From an uncultured Spirochaetota bacterium (lineage in GTDB: Bacteria; Spirochaetota; UBA4802; UBA5550), in the NCBI GenBank assembly GCA_963827275.1, contig CAWHAA010000008.1, forward strand, positions 486,244-550,243: a stretch of 64,000 nucleotides of DNA, given 5' to 3'. Under the pieces are notes generated by a model that searched no databases, was not told where the DNA came from, and saw only the letters and a list, made by a program, of their open reading frames with translations. The translations under genes and the position numbers were made by a program. This document shows positions 1 through 10,215 of this stretch, piece after piece (positions within the stretch are counted from its first letter, which is position 1; every line of letters begins with the position of its first letter).

Positions 1-92
1 AACTGTTCTCCGATGCCGACCGCTTCACGCAGGGCCGCATCGGATTCACCGGTGAAATCGGTGGCAACCAGGATGCGTTTTGGCCTGAACAT
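1..92 (-). CDS. Universal stress protein, 5' part (runs off window start)
   Basis: Manual translation MFRPKRILVATDFTGESDAALREAVGIGEQ is a typical USP N-terminus; AAGGAGG RBS upstream. Confidence 0.8.
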   Translation of the reverse strand, partial: MFRPKRILVATDFTGESDAALREAVGIGEQ

Positions 93-263
93 GGGGCGCC
101 TCCTTATTGTATGATTGGCACTAGTTGCACCATTAATGTAGCGGCGACCGGGGAGCGAGTCAAGCCGGGTAATTGATTTAAAAATGAAAAAATGTATTGT
201 CTTGACAGGCCGGCAGGGGAAGGGGGAAGATACCGTGCCAATTAATTCAAGGGGAGGTATGAT

Positions 264-1457
264 ATGCCTTTTAAGATCAAAAACAACATAACCTGGGTCG
301 GAAAAGTCGACTGGGAGCTGCGAAAATTTCATGGTGATGAATATTCGACCCACCGGGGCTCTTCATACAACTCCTACCTGATACGAGAGGAGAAGGTGGC
401 GCTCATTGATACCGTGTGGGCCCCTTACGCGAAAGAATTCGTCGCGAACCTTGAAAAGGTCATCGACCTGAAAAAGATCGATTACGTCATAGCAAACCAT
501 GGCGAGGTTGATCACAGCGGGGCCCTGCCTGAGCTCATGCGCCGCATCCCCGACGTGCCGATCTACTGCACCGCGAACGGGGTGAAGTCCCTGAAAGGCC
601 AGTACCACCAGGACTGGAACTTCAAGACGGTAAAGACCGGGGACCGGCTGAGCCTGGGACCAAAGGAGCTCGTCTTCGTCGAGGCCCCCATGCTTCACTG
701 GCCCGATACCATGATGTCCTACCTCAGCGGGGACGGCGTCCTCTTCAGCAACGACGCCTTCGGCCAGCACTATGCGACCAGCGGCATGTTCAACGACGCG
801 GTGGACCAGGACGAGCTTTTCGCGGAGTGCCTGAAATACTACGCGAATATCCTGACCCCGTTCAGCCCGCTGGTGACAAAAAAGATAAACGAGGTGCTCT
901 CCCTGAAGCTGCCGCTGGACATGATCTGCACCAGCCATGGCGTGATCTGGCGCTCCAATCCCGTCCAGATCGTGGAGAAGTACCTGAAATGGGCGGACGC
1001 CTACCGGGAAAACCAGGTCACCCTCGTGTACGACACCATGTGGAACGGGACCAGGGCGATGGCGGAAGCGATCGCGGAAGGCATCCGCGGGGCTGACCCG
1101 GACACCGCTGTCAAGCTGTTCAACGCCTCCAAGACCGACAAGAACGACATCATCACCGAAGTGTTCAGGTCGAAGGCCATCGGCGTGGGCTCGCCCACGA
1201 TCAACCAGGGGATACTCCACTCCGTGGCCGGGCTTCTGGAGGAGATGCGGGGCCTCAAGTTTAAAAACAAGAAGGCCTTCGCGTTCGGCGCCTACGGCTG
1301 GAGCGGCGAATCGGTGCGGATGATCAACGACGGGCTGAAGACGGCCGGGTTTGCGCTGATCGGGGAAGGCCTGAAGACCCTCTGGTACCCTGACGGCGGC
1401 GCGCTAAAGGCCTGTGCCGAGTTCGGGAAAGCAATGGCGGAGGGGATGCGGTCGTAA
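264..1457 (+). CDS. fprA: Flavodiiron protein (FprA/A-type flavoprotein, NO/O2 reductase)
   Basis: Metallo-beta-lactamase HGEVDH, LHWPD and SNDAFGQH motifs plus C-terminal flavodoxin ([20 protein letters not shown]). Confidence 0.93.
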   Translation: MPFKIKNNITWVGKVDWELRKFHGDEYSTHRGSSYNSYLIREEKVALIDTVWAPYAKEFVANLEKVIDLKKIDYVIANHGEVDHSGALPELMRRIPDVPIYCTANGVKSLKGQYHQDWNFKTVKTGDRLSLGPKELVFVEAPMLHWPDTMMSYLSGDGVLFSNDAFGQHYATSGMFNDAVDQDELFAECLKYYANILTPFSPLVTKKINEVLSLKLPLDMICTSHGVIWRSNPVQIVEKYLKWADAYRENQVTLVYDTMWNGTRAMAEAIAEGIRGADPDTAVKLFNASKTDKNDIITEVFRSKAIGVGSPTINQGILHSVAGLLEEMRGLKFKNKKAFAFGAYGWSGESVRMINDGLKTAGFALIGEGLKTLWYPDGGALKACAEFGKAMAEGMRS

Positions 1458-1481
1458 CGGGCCCTGTCGCAGCCGCGGCGG

Positions 1482-3332
1482 TCACGTGGTGAATTCGAAT
1501 ACCATTTCATTATCGTCCGATTGAATCACCGAACCGGACCGGGCATGGTTGAAAATATTGACCATATTCCTGTTCCCCGGCAGCACGACCGCCCGGACCC
1601 GCCTGATCCTGTTTTTCCTGGCGGTCTTCAGGATATACCCGACCAGGAACCTCCCGATCCCCCGGCCCTGGAACTCCTCGTCCACCAGGAAGGCCATCTC
1701 GTAGCAGTCATTGGCCGCGTCATACGCGTACCTGCATTCCGCTATGATCCGCTCGGTCCCCCGCTGGTTGATGATTGCCACCAGCGAGAGGGAAGACTCG
1801 TAGTCGACGGATACATAGACCTGCATTTTTTTATGCGGCATCGCGCTGATGCGGCTGAAAAAGCGCAGGTAGCGGGACTGGTCGGAGAAGTTGTAGAAAA
1901 ACCGGCGCATCATGTCCTCGTCGGACGGTTTTATCGCGCGTATCCTGACGGCAAGGTCCTTGCCGAATTGTTGTATCGTCTCGAGGTCATACGGGTAATT
2001 GGCGCTGTTCTTTACATTGTAGATCTGGTCGGGGTAGAGAATGCCGGCCGCCTTCGCGCCCTTCAGCAGCTCGCCCCGGTGCCGGGGGTGGGCAATGTCG
2101 ATGAGCGCGAGCGCCCGCTCCCGTATCGACTTGCCTATCAGGTTGGCGACGCCGTACTCGGTCACGACGTACTGCGCCGTGCCCAGCATGGACCGTATCC
2201 ATTTTTTCGGGTCGGTATGCCGTATAACGATGTTGCTCTTCCCGCGGCGGTCCGTTGATCGCAGAACGACGATCGATTTCCCGTTCCTCGAGCGCGCGGC
2301 CCCGAAGGAAAAATCAAGCTTGCCGTCGAACCCGGACAGGATGTTTTCCGATAGCGGCGGGACCACGGTGTCGGCGGTGATGTCGATTTTTTCAACGAAC
2401 GTGATGGCGATCAGGCTTTTCAGCGCGCCGATCTGGGCCTGGTACCGAGATTGGATCAGGGGAAGGAACGTGAAGAGCGGATTGTTGTCGACATAGCGGT
2501 AGAGCTTCCTGGTGCCGAAGCAGGAGCTGGTGACGATCGGGCCCTGGCCGTCGCCGCCCTGGCGCGGCGCGATCGCGCCCGCTTTGATGAGATCGATCAC
2601 CCAGTCCGAGATGACATACGAGAATATCTTCAGGTTTTTTTTGTCCGCACAGTGCACCGCGATCGCGTCGTATATGCTGCCGTACTGCATCGACACCATG
2701 CACCCGTCTTCTATGAGGGTCGCCGTGTTCCAGCCGATGTCCGACAGCGTCCTGTCATATGACGGCCGTTTCCGTGAAACAAGGGGGCGCCTGCTCTCCA
2801 TGATATAATCGACCTGGTCGAGGGATATCGTTGTCTCGCCGAGGGTATGGGGCACGTTCGGGTTTATCTCCGCCACCACAAGGGGCGCGGTTTTGAGGAT
2901 GCAGTCAGCGACATCGGTGACGATCCCGAGGTTGAGCCTTCCCTTGCTGTCGCTCGGGGAGGTCTGGATTATCGCGATGTCGATACCGAGCGAGTTGGTG
3001 GTGAACAGGTAGGGTATCTGCATGATGTTGGTCGGGATGAAGTCGATGTTTCCCTTCTGGAGCTCTTTCCCGATATTTTCACCGACAATGAACGTCTTCA
3101 GGCGGATGTCGGATTTCATGGCCCTGGCGCCCGGCAGGTAATCGTCCAGTATCACCAGCTGTATGATCTCGATGTCGGTCAGGTTGGGATGCTCGGTCGC
3201 GAAGAGCCGCGTGAGGGTGGTTATCGGCGTTGCCGGGCCGGTTGTTATGAATATCCTGGACCCTGGTTTTATCGTGTCAACCAGCTTGCTGAAGGATATT
3301 TTTTCGCCTTTTTTCCTGTTAATGTTCGTCAT
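1482..3332 (-). CDS. Acetyl-CoA hydrolase/transferase-like domain fused to C-terminal GNAT acetyltransferase
   Basis: AEINPNVP and YVVTEYGVANL-G-S-RERA-ALI-IAHP motifs; GNAT FLVDEEFQGRGIG. Confidence 0.85.
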   Translation of the reverse strand: MTNINRKKGEKISFSKLVDTIKPGSRIFITTGPATPITTLTRLFATEHPNLTDIEIIQLVILDDYLPGARAMKSDIRLKTFIVGENIGKELQKGNIDFIPTNIMQIPYLFTTNSLGIDIAIIQTSPSDSKGRLNLGIVTDVADCILKTAPLVVAEINPNVPHTLGETTISLDQVDYIMESRRPLVSRKRPSYDRTLSDIGWNTATLIEDGCMVSMQYGSIYDAIAVHCADKKNLKIFSYVISDWVIDLIKAGAIAPRQGGDGQGPIVTSSCFGTRKLYRYVDNNPLFTFLPLIQSRYQAQIGALKSLIAITFVEKIDITADTVVPPLSENILSGFDGKLDFSFGAARSRNGKSIVVLRSTDRRGKSNIVIRHTDPKKWIRSMLGTAQYVVTEYGVANLIGKSIRERALALIDIAHPRHRGELLKGAKAAGILYPDQIYNVKNSANYPYDLETIQQFGKDLAVRIRAIKPSDEDMMRRFFYNFSDQSRYLRFFSRISAMPHKKMQVYVSVDYESSLSLVAIINQRGTERIIAECRYAYDAANDCYEMAFLVDEEFQGRGIGRFLVGYILKTARKNRIRRVRAVVLPGNRNMVNIFNHARSGSVIQSDDNEMVFEFTT

Positions 3333-3455
3333 CGCAATGATGCGGCGCGGGCAACCGCTCTCTATGTCCGCCTTGCCGCTCCCCCCCAGGGTTATGCTGT
3401 AATTACTATATGATGCGACGGGACTTTGTCAATTAGTTTATGGCGCGGCGCCGCA

Positions 3456-4376
3456 TCAATCGCAGATCACCAGAACACCCCTGTCAGAGAGCTGCCGTAT
3501 GGTGCCCGTGTCATGTATGGGGTTCCCGAGGAGGTTGACATACTGCAGGGCCTCCAGCTCCTTTAACACCGAGATATCCTCTATTTCATTGAAGGAGAGG
3601 TCCAGCTCCCGGAGGGCGGCCAGGGGGGCGAGACAGCTGATGTTCCGGATGCTGTTCCCTGACAGGAAGAGCGCCTCAAGGCGGGTCAGCGAGGCCAGGG
3701 GCTCGATCTTTCTCAGGTCGTTCCCGGACAGGTTGAGCGTGTGGATGTTTATGCAATGCTCGATGCCCTTGAGGTCAACGATGTCATAATCCGACAGGTC
3801 GAGCTCGCCCTCCAGTTCATGAAGATCGTCCATGGTGATCGCCGCATCAAGGTTTCCGAAAAACAGCCGGTTGACGGCTTCGATAAATCCGTAGTCGCCC
3901 GCTTCACCGAATTCATCACGGTCTTCATGTTCATCCCCTGCGGGGATGTCCTCGTCATAGGCGGCGCGCTCGTCATAACCGAAATCTTCGCCGGTATAGG
4001 AGTAGGTCTCGTCAGCCGCGGGGGCGCCCGTGAAGGTTATTCGCCGCGACGGTATTTCAAAAATGAATGTATTTCGAATGCGGATCAGCTCTTCCGCTTT
4101 TTTCTCGCGGTACTGCAGCTCGAGGTCTTTTGTTATCGCGGTAAGCTTGTCGGGGTGATAGCACTGGATGACATGGGCGAAGAGCCTGCCGGTGCTGAGC
4201 CCGGCATGGTCAAGGCCCAGGAGGTCTGCGTAATAGGAGAGGCCGTCGCGGTCGTCCGCCCGGTACCTCGCTATCACGTCGACGCTGATCTCCTTTAAAC
4301 GGGCAGGGGTGATCTGCTTTTTCAACTCGCGGTATATGCTGTCGATGTGGTCAGTCATCTCCGCATCCATCGTCAT
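3456..4376 (-). CDS. Leucine-rich repeat protein with N-terminal J-domain-like HPD segment
   Basis: About 5 internalin-type LRRs (LNLSGNDL, LFLSGNSI, LDLSFNEI, VNLLGNPI); CYHPDK; acidic linker. Confidence 0.8.
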   Translation of the reverse strand: MTMDAEMTDHIDSIYRELKKQITPARLKEISVDVIARYRADDRDGLSYYADLLGLDHAGLSTGRLFAHVIQCYHPDKLTAITKDLELQYREKKAEELIRIRNTFIFEIPSRRITFTGAPAADETYSYTGEDFGYDERAAYDEDIPAGDEHEDRDEFGEAGDYGFIEAVNRLFFGNLDAAITMDDLHELEGELDLSDYDIVDLKGIEHCINIHTLNLSGNDLRKIEPLASLTRLEALFLSGNSIRNISCLAPLAALRELDLSFNEIEDISVLKELEALQYVNLLGNPIHDTGTIRQLSDRGVLVICD

Positions 4377-5031
4377 GGCACTCTGAGCACGAGCAGGTGA
4401 GCGATCCGCTCCGAGCCTTTTCTATCGATTCCCTCCCTTCGCGTAAGGCGAACCAGGCGATCCCCAGCCCCCCGATGATATCGACATACCCGACATGCAG
4501 CGCCTCGTAGAGCACGCTTGACGCCAGCAGGATGAATGACAGGTAGAAGCAGGTCCTGGTGCAATTGGCGTCCGCGATGATCGGCTCGGAGCCGAGGGCC
4601 CTGCCGACTTTCATCTTGTAAGAATAGAGGATCCACATGGTCGCGATGGACACCGCCGATATCACGATCCCCGCGACGGTGGTATCAGGGGTGACCCGGT
4701 AGATGATGTTGAGGACCGATCCGATGACCAGACCGCCCGCGAGCAGGAAGAAGCTGGTCCCGGTGACGTAGAGCGCCTGGCGCTCGAACCGGTCCCGCCC
4801 GCTGACCGGGCTGTGCCGCATGCGCCACACCATGTGGCCGATGCCCAGACCTGAGATCACTTCCACAAAGCTGTCCACCCCGAACCCGAACAGGGCGATT
4901 GTCTCGTCCGCGTAGCCGAAGATGGTGGAAAAGAGCCCCTCGCCGATATTGTAGACCACGGTGATGACGCTCAGGATGAAGGCGGCTTTTAACAGTTTTG
5001 CCGTTTGATGAGTTGATTCACTGTTCTTCAT
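4351..5031 (-). CDS. Cation transporter (CDF-like transmembrane domain only) with Cys/His-rich tail
   Basis: About 6 TM segments, YNIGEG, LFGFGVDSFVE, IIADA; tail CSCSECHDDGC; start placed at MKNSES because the longer ORF runs through a non-coding repeat. Confidence 0.8.
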   Translation of the reverse strand: MKNSESTHQTAKLLKAAFILSVITVVYNIGEGLFSTIFGYADETIALFGFGVDSFVEVISGLGIGHMVWRMRHSPVSGRDRFERQALYVTGTSFFLLAGGLVIGSVLNIIYRVTPDTTVAGIVISAVSIATMWILYSYKMKVGRALGSEPIIADANCTRTCFYLSFILLASSVLYEALHVGYVDIIGGLGIAWFALREGRESIEKARSGSLTCSCSECHDDGCGDD

Positions 5032-5153
5032 GGTGCTATAGGGAAAAGTTATAAGCCGGAAGGCAAGTGATTTATCATGCTTTAATACGGAAAGCCCGTT
5101 GGGGGCTGCCGGGGGGTGTGTAAGGGAATGGCAGGACGTGTCTCCTGTAAAGT

Positions 5154-5296
5154 ACCGATAACTATCGGTCGGGTGGCTGCTCTGACCCCCGGGAGCACCG
5201 ATAACTATCGGCCGGGTGGCTGCTCTGACCCCCGGGAGCACCGATAACTATCGGCCGGGTGGTTGCTCTGACCCACGGGAAATACCGATAACTATC
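5154..5296. repeat. Tandem array of 43-44 bp units (3 full + 1 partial), each starting with palindrome CCGATAACTATCGG
   Basis: Units start at 5154, 5197, 5240 and 5284 and are nearly identical. Confidence 0.95.
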
Positions 5297-5400
5297 AGTT
5301 TTCCTGTTATTTTTAAGCACTGGCAGCTATTTATTAGAGTATTTTATCAAATTTTCAATATATCAGCAAATGTAAAAAACCGTCTCGTCGGATTTTTTTA

Positions 5401-5429
5401 TTGACGTAATTATGATAAATAAATATAAA
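5401..5429 (+). promoter_or_regulatory. Putative sigma70 promoter for the CocE hydrolase
   Basis: TTGACG-N17-TATAAA in AT-rich DNA. Confidence 0.55.
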
Positions 5430-5493
5430 GAATTAAATATACATTACCCTTGTTGAGGATTGCCATAATTTCAAATGGGGGAAGGAGATAGCC

Positions 5494-8037
5494 ATGCAAT
5501 ACCGAGTTAAGTTTTTTTGTTTATCTGTGGTATTATTTTTATTTACCCTCTCCTCCGCTCTTACGGCGGGCGGCATGATGGATGCGTCGGTAAAAAGCGA
5601 AGTTGAGGATGAACTGAAAAAAGCCGGGATCATGGGATGCATCGTCGATTTAAATGTCCGCATCGATGTCCCGACTTCAGAAAATCCCTATCTCGAGTTA
5701 TCGAAATACGCGGAGGATGAAGTCGCCGCGTCGCTCTGGGCCCTGGTAATACGGCCCAAGCGGACCCTCACCGAAGGCCCCCAGCCGACGATCCTCATGG
5801 CCACGGCGTACAGCCGCATGTTTTTAAATATTCTGGTCATACCGCTTGTGTCCTACGGGTACAACGTAGTCGTCGTTGACATGCGCGGGACCGGGACCTC
5901 CGAAGGCCACTGGAACACCATGGGCCTGATCGAGTCCTATGACGTGAAATACATCATTGACCGGTGGATTCCGTCCAAATCGTGGTCTGACGGCACTGTG
6001 GGGATGGTTGGCCCGTCCTACATGGGTATACTCCAGATGCTGGTGGCCGGCATTGTCGACTGCGATTCAAAGGGCGTACCCATCCACTTCAAGGCAAGCA
6101 TCGCCCAGGTCCCCTACAGCGATGTCTACGCCGACATCTGCATGCACGGCGGCAACTTTGACCTCGAATTCATCACCTTCTGGATCCTCCTCACCGAGGG
6201 GATCAATATCATGCCGGGCCTCACCTTCCTCGGCGAATACGCTCAGCTCCCCTACAACGCGGTGACCGCCACCCAGGAGGACATCAAGGAGGCGACCGCG
6301 GAATTCCAGGCGTCGGTGAATAACGCCCTGGAACCCTTCTATGATCTTGTGTTCCTGGCAAACAATGACATGCGCAACGAGGACCTGCTCCAGAAATCTC
6401 CTATCATCTACTGGCCCGACAAGCCGGCCGGCGGATGGAATGTCGGCGTCAGGAATGAAGGGGAGAGGGTCTATCCCGCCAAACTGCCGACGATCATCAC
6501 CGGCGGATGGTTCGATATCTTCACCCGCGGCTGCCTCAACCAGTACACCTACGGCCTGAAGAACCACGCTGTCGGCGACAAGGCCCTCATCGTGGGCGAC
6601 TGGTACCATATCGACGCATCGATGGCCATGGGCCTGAACAGCTTTATGAACGGCTCCTTTTACGCCCGCTGGTTCGACTGGAAGATGCGGGGCAAGGACG
6701 ACTGCTTCCTGACCCAATACCCGGTCATGATCAAGGTCATGGGCGTGGACCGCTGGCGCGGCGAGAAGACCTGGCCGCTCCCGGCGAGCAGGGTCGAAAA
6801 GAAGAGTCTCCACCTGTCAAAGAAGAAGGCGGACCCGATTCCCGGAGATGAATTCACCAATAAAAGCACCAACCAGATCTTGTCTCTTGAATGGGACAGG
6901 GGCGACTGCGACCTGAACTCGGAAAACCCGATCATGAAGCATACCGCGATGCTCGGGGATTTCCACGGCGAGGGCTCGCGCTCATTCACCCGGTGGCTGA
7001 TGGGGATCCCCGCGCTGGTGAGCCAGGTTTCGAAATTTTTCCTGAGCACCAACATTGACAGCACCATGGAGTTTGAAAACGATAGCGATGACGACTGGAG
7101 GATCCCGACCTTTACGACGGCCCCCCTCGATACGGACGTCGAGATAGTTGGCCCGGTATCCCTCAGGTTCTGGGCGCGCACCGATTTCAAGGCCCGCATC
7201 TACTCCGATGCCCTGATCGAGGACTACCTCGTGCAGATGCTGGCCACGCTGTTCAATGTGAGCGTTGAGGGAACCGTCATCGGGCGCACCGTGTACGACA
7301 AGGAAGTGCAGTTCGTGGTCGAGCTGGACGACGTGTTCGCCGACGGCAGGGCCCGCAACATCACCTCCGGCTGGCTCAGGTCTTCGCACCGCCAGCGCAA
7401 CGACAGCGAGTCCTGGTTCGCCACCGAGCACGCCATCGACCCGAATTACAAGCCCTTCGACCCTCTCTATTTGACACCCGATGAGAGCCCGAAGCTGATC
7501 AACGAGGGCGAGCTCTATGAATACGTGGTCGAGCTGTGGCCGACCTGCAACGTGTTCAAGAAGGGGCACCGCATCCGCGTGACCATGACCGGCTCCGACT
7601 GGCCGCACCTGATGCCGATATTCGTCCCGTCGTGGAACGAGATCGTCATCGACTCGTCCCACCAGGCGCACCTCGATTTCACCACGACCAACACCAATGG
7701 CGAGGGCACAACCTGGAAGTGGCTCTCCGAAACGAGCAACAACAACTTCGCGTTTGACAAGTATCTCACGACCCACAAGGATACACCGGTCGCGGCGGCA
7801 CCCCCCACCGATACGACAGAAAGCGAAACTGACGATCCCGATGACGATTCGGGCGTTCTTCCGCTTCTCCTGAGCGGCCTCTCGTCGGGCGGCGGCTGCG
7901 GTTCAGCGGCGAACGCGTCGGCGTATCAGAATGGTCAACAGCCGGTGCTGCCGGGAGTTCTCGGTACCCTGGGGATGATGCTTATGCCCCTTGCCCTGAT
8001 GGCGCTGCATCGAACGGTGAGACGAAGAAGAAAATAA
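5494..8037 (+). CDS. Secreted CocE/NonD (S15) family hydrolase with C-terminal GGGC-TM-basic sorting tail
   Basis: Signal peptide; DMRGTGTSEG; nucleophile GPSYMG; GGWFD; GDWYH; PepX_C-like FKKGHRIRV; tail GGGCGS, TM helix, RRRRK. Confidence 0.88.
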   Translation: MQYRVKFFCLSVVLFLFTLSSALTAGGMMDASVKSEVEDELKKAGIMGCIVDLNVRIDVPTSENPYLELSKYAEDEVAASLWALVIRPKRTLTEGPQPTILMATAYSRMFLNILVIPLVSYGYNVVVVDMRGTGTSEGHWNTMGLIESYDVKYIIDRWIPSKSWSDGTVGMVGPSYMGILQMLVAGIVDCDSKGVPIHFKASIAQVPYSDVYADICMHGGNFDLEFITFWILLTEGINIMPGLTFLGEYAQLPYNAVTATQEDIKEATAEFQASVNNALEPFYDLVFLANNDMRNEDLLQKSPIIYWPDKPAGGWNVGVRNEGERVYPAKLPTIITGGWFDIFTRGCLNQYTYGLKNHAVGDKALIVGDWYHIDASMAMGLNSFMNGSFYARWFDWKMRGKDDCFLTQYPVMIKVMGVDRWRGEKTWPLPASRVEKKSLHLSKKKADPIPGDEFTNKSTNQILSLEWDRGDCDLNSENPIMKHTAMLGDFHGEGSRSFTRWLMGIPALVSQVSKFFLSTNIDSTMEFENDSDDDWRIPTFTTAPLDTDVEIVGPVSLRFWARTDFKARIYSDALIEDYLVQMLATLFNVSVEGTVIGRTVYDKEVQFVVELDDVFADGRARNITSGWLRSSHRQRNDSESWFATEHAIDPNYKPFDPLYLTPDESPKLINEGELYEYVVELWPTCNVFKKGHRIRVTMTGSDWPHLMPIFVPSWNEIVIDSSHQAHLDFTTTNTNGEGTTWKWLSETSNNNFAFDKYLTTHKDTPVAAAPPTDTTESETDDPDDDSGVLPLLLSGLSSGGGCGSAANASAYQNGQQPVLPGVLGTLGMMLMPLALMALHRTVRRRRK

Positions 8038-8052
8038 AGAGCAGGAAAAGCG

Positions 8053-8087
8053 ATCGGGCCTTCCATCCAGGAAGGCCCGATTTTTTT
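8053..8087. terminator. Intrinsic terminator between convergent genes
   Basis: ATCGGGCCTTCC-ATCCA-GGAAGGCCCGAT followed by a T-tract. Confidence 0.85.
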
Positions 8088-8089
8088 AT

Positions 8090-9910
8090 CTATTCCTTGT
8101 ACATTTCCTCGATGATAGTGTTGTAATTGCCGAGAACCACCTTTCTCTTTACCTTGAGGGTGGGGGTGAGTTCGCCCGTGTCCTGGGTGAACGCGCGGTC
8201 GATGAGGGTAAATCGCTTGATCTGCTCCACGCGTCCCAGCGGCTTGTTCAGCTCGGCAACCGTCTCGTTGAATTTTTTCATCACCTCGGGATGGTCGATA
8301 AGTTTCTTCGGGTCGGTTTCGCCTATGTTTTTCGATTTTGCCCATTTAAACAGCTCGGGGAAGCAGGGCACGATGAGGGCCACCAGGTATTTTTTCTGGT
8401 CGCCAATGATGGCGACCTGCTCGATGAGCGGGTGCATGGTGAACATGCCCTCTATGACCTGGGGCGCCACGTTTTTCCCGCCCGCGGTGATGAGGATGTC
8501 CTTCTTGCGGTCGGTTATTGTCAGGTACCCGTCCTCGTCGATCGTGCCGATATCGCCGGTGGCGAACCAGCCGTCTTTCGAGAGGACCTCTTTGGTGTCC
8601 TTCGGTTTTTTGTAATAGCCCTTCATGATCTGCGGGCCGCGGACCAGGATCTCGCCGTCATCGGCGATTTTACATTCCGTGCGGGGAAACGCCGGGCCGC
8701 AGGAACCCAGCTTGATCGGCTTGATATACGTGAAGGTGTTCAGGTGCGTGATCGGCGTGGTTTCGGTGAGGCCGTAGCCCAGGTGTATCTCAACCCCGAT
8801 TATCTGGAAAAACGCGTTGATCTCGTTGGAAAGCGGCGCGCCACCGATCCCGATGGTGATCATACGGTCGAGCCCCAGGGCCTTGCGCAGTTTTGAATAT
8901 ATGATCGTGTCAAGAAGGCGATAGGCCCGGCCCAGGGGGAAGGGTATGGATTTGTTGTAAAGGATATAGGGGAGCGACTTTCTGCCGATGGCCATGGCGG
9001 CGTTGAACAGGGCCTTCTTGCTCGCCGGCGCGTTTCCCAGCTGCCCCATGACGCCTTCATAGATCTTTTCAAGGACGCGCGGCACGTATACGGCCAGCGT
9101 TGGCCTGATGTCCTTAAGGTCTTCAACCAGCGTTTCCGCCCCCTTGGTATAGGCAATGGTGCCCCCCTGGAGAATCGCGGTATTGTAGCCTACCGTGCGC
9201 TCGAGCGCGTGGGACAGGGGAAGGAGCGATACACAGAGGAACTCCTCCGGAAAGGGGTGGTGCTCTGCGAACTGTTTCACGTTGGACACAAGGTTGTTGT
9301 GGGTCAGCATGACCCCCTTGGGATTGCCCGTCGTGCCCGACGTGTATATCAGGGTCGCGGTTTCTTCCGGGTCGATTTTTCTCAGACGCTTGTCGATCTC
9401 CTTGACGTTGAGGCTCTTCCTGCCGATCTCCAGGGCCTTTGAAAGCTTCACCACCATGGGGTCCTTGTAATCGAGGTCGTCGAAAACGATGATTTCTTTC
9501 AGTTTCTTGAGGTGTTTCTTTTCTTTTAATAGATTGTCAACCTGGAACTTGCCGGCGCACATGCAAATCTTTGACTCGGAATCGTTCAGTACATATGATG
9601 CTTCCGGGCCGGAGTTGGTGGGGTAAATGGTGGCGTCCACCGCCCCGATGGCCAGGGTGGCGATATCCGCTATGACCCATTCGGGCCGGTTATTGGCATA
9701 GATGGCGATTTTGTCACCGGGCTTGATGCCTTTTTTAAGAAAGTACGAAGCCAGGGCGTTGACCTGCTCGCCGACCATGGTGTACGAGTATTCCTGCCAC
9801 TTTTTGTTCGCGTCGCGGATTTTAAGAAAGATTTTTTCGCGGGATTTCTCAACCTGGTTCTTGAAAATGCCGGGAACCGTCGTCTCATCGTAGGGTTTGA
9901 AAATGCTCAT
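8090..9910 (-). CDS. fadD: Long-chain fatty acid--CoA ligase (AMP-binding)
   Basis: YTSGTTGNPKG, GYGLTET, GWFATGDIG, DRKKD, ELTPTLK. Confidence 0.92.
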   Translation of the reverse strand: MSIFKPYDETTVPGIFKNQVEKSREKIFLKIRDANKKWQEYSYTMVGEQVNALASYFLKKGIKPGDKIAIYANNRPEWVIADIATLAIGAVDATIYPTNSGPEASYVLNDSESKICMCAGKFQVDNLLKEKKHLKKLKEIIVFDDLDYKDPMVVKLSKALEIGRKSLNVKEIDKRLRKIDPEETATLIYTSGTTGNPKGVMLTHNNLVSNVKQFAEHHPFPEEFLCVSLLPLSHALERTVGYNTAILQGGTIAYTKGAETLVEDLKDIRPTLAVYVPRVLEKIYEGVMGQLGNAPASKKALFNAAMAIGRKSLPYILYNKSIPFPLGRAYRLLDTIIYSKLRKALGLDRMITIGIGGAPLSNEINAFFQIIGVEIHLGYGLTETTPITHLNTFTYIKPIKLGSCGPAFPRTECKIADDGEILVRGPQIMKGYYKKPKDTKEVLSKDGWFATGDIGTIDEDGYLTITDRKKDILITAGGKNVAPQVIEGMFTMHPLIEQVAIIGDQKKYLVALIVPCFPELFKWAKSKNIGETDPKKLIDHPEVMKKFNETVAELNKPLGRVEQIKRFTLIDRAFTQDTGELTPTLKVKRKVVLGNYNTIIEEMYKE

Positions 9911-10215
9911 AGTGTTCCTCCAAATTATGACGCTTGTCCCGGCTTCGGCAACAGGAGAAACAATGGCCGGTATGAGCGGCAGTCTGTTAATATTCGGTCA
10001 CACTCTGAAGGGTATGGCATTATTGTCAATAAGACAATTAATTTTTGGAATACTTGAATCAGGTGATTTTTGCGTAACAAGAAAAGGGATCATCGGGTGT
10101 TGTTTAACATGCGGTAAATTACGCACCGGCCCCGGGCCCGGTCTGTCTGCTTTTATGCATCCTGAAATGGCCGCAGGCCAAATGCCACTGCACAGCTGGC
10201 GCCAACTGTTCCGTA

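Noticed and set aside
5154..5296. CRISPR array
   Set aside because: The sequences between the palindromes are near-identical rather than unique spacers, and there are no cas genes in the window
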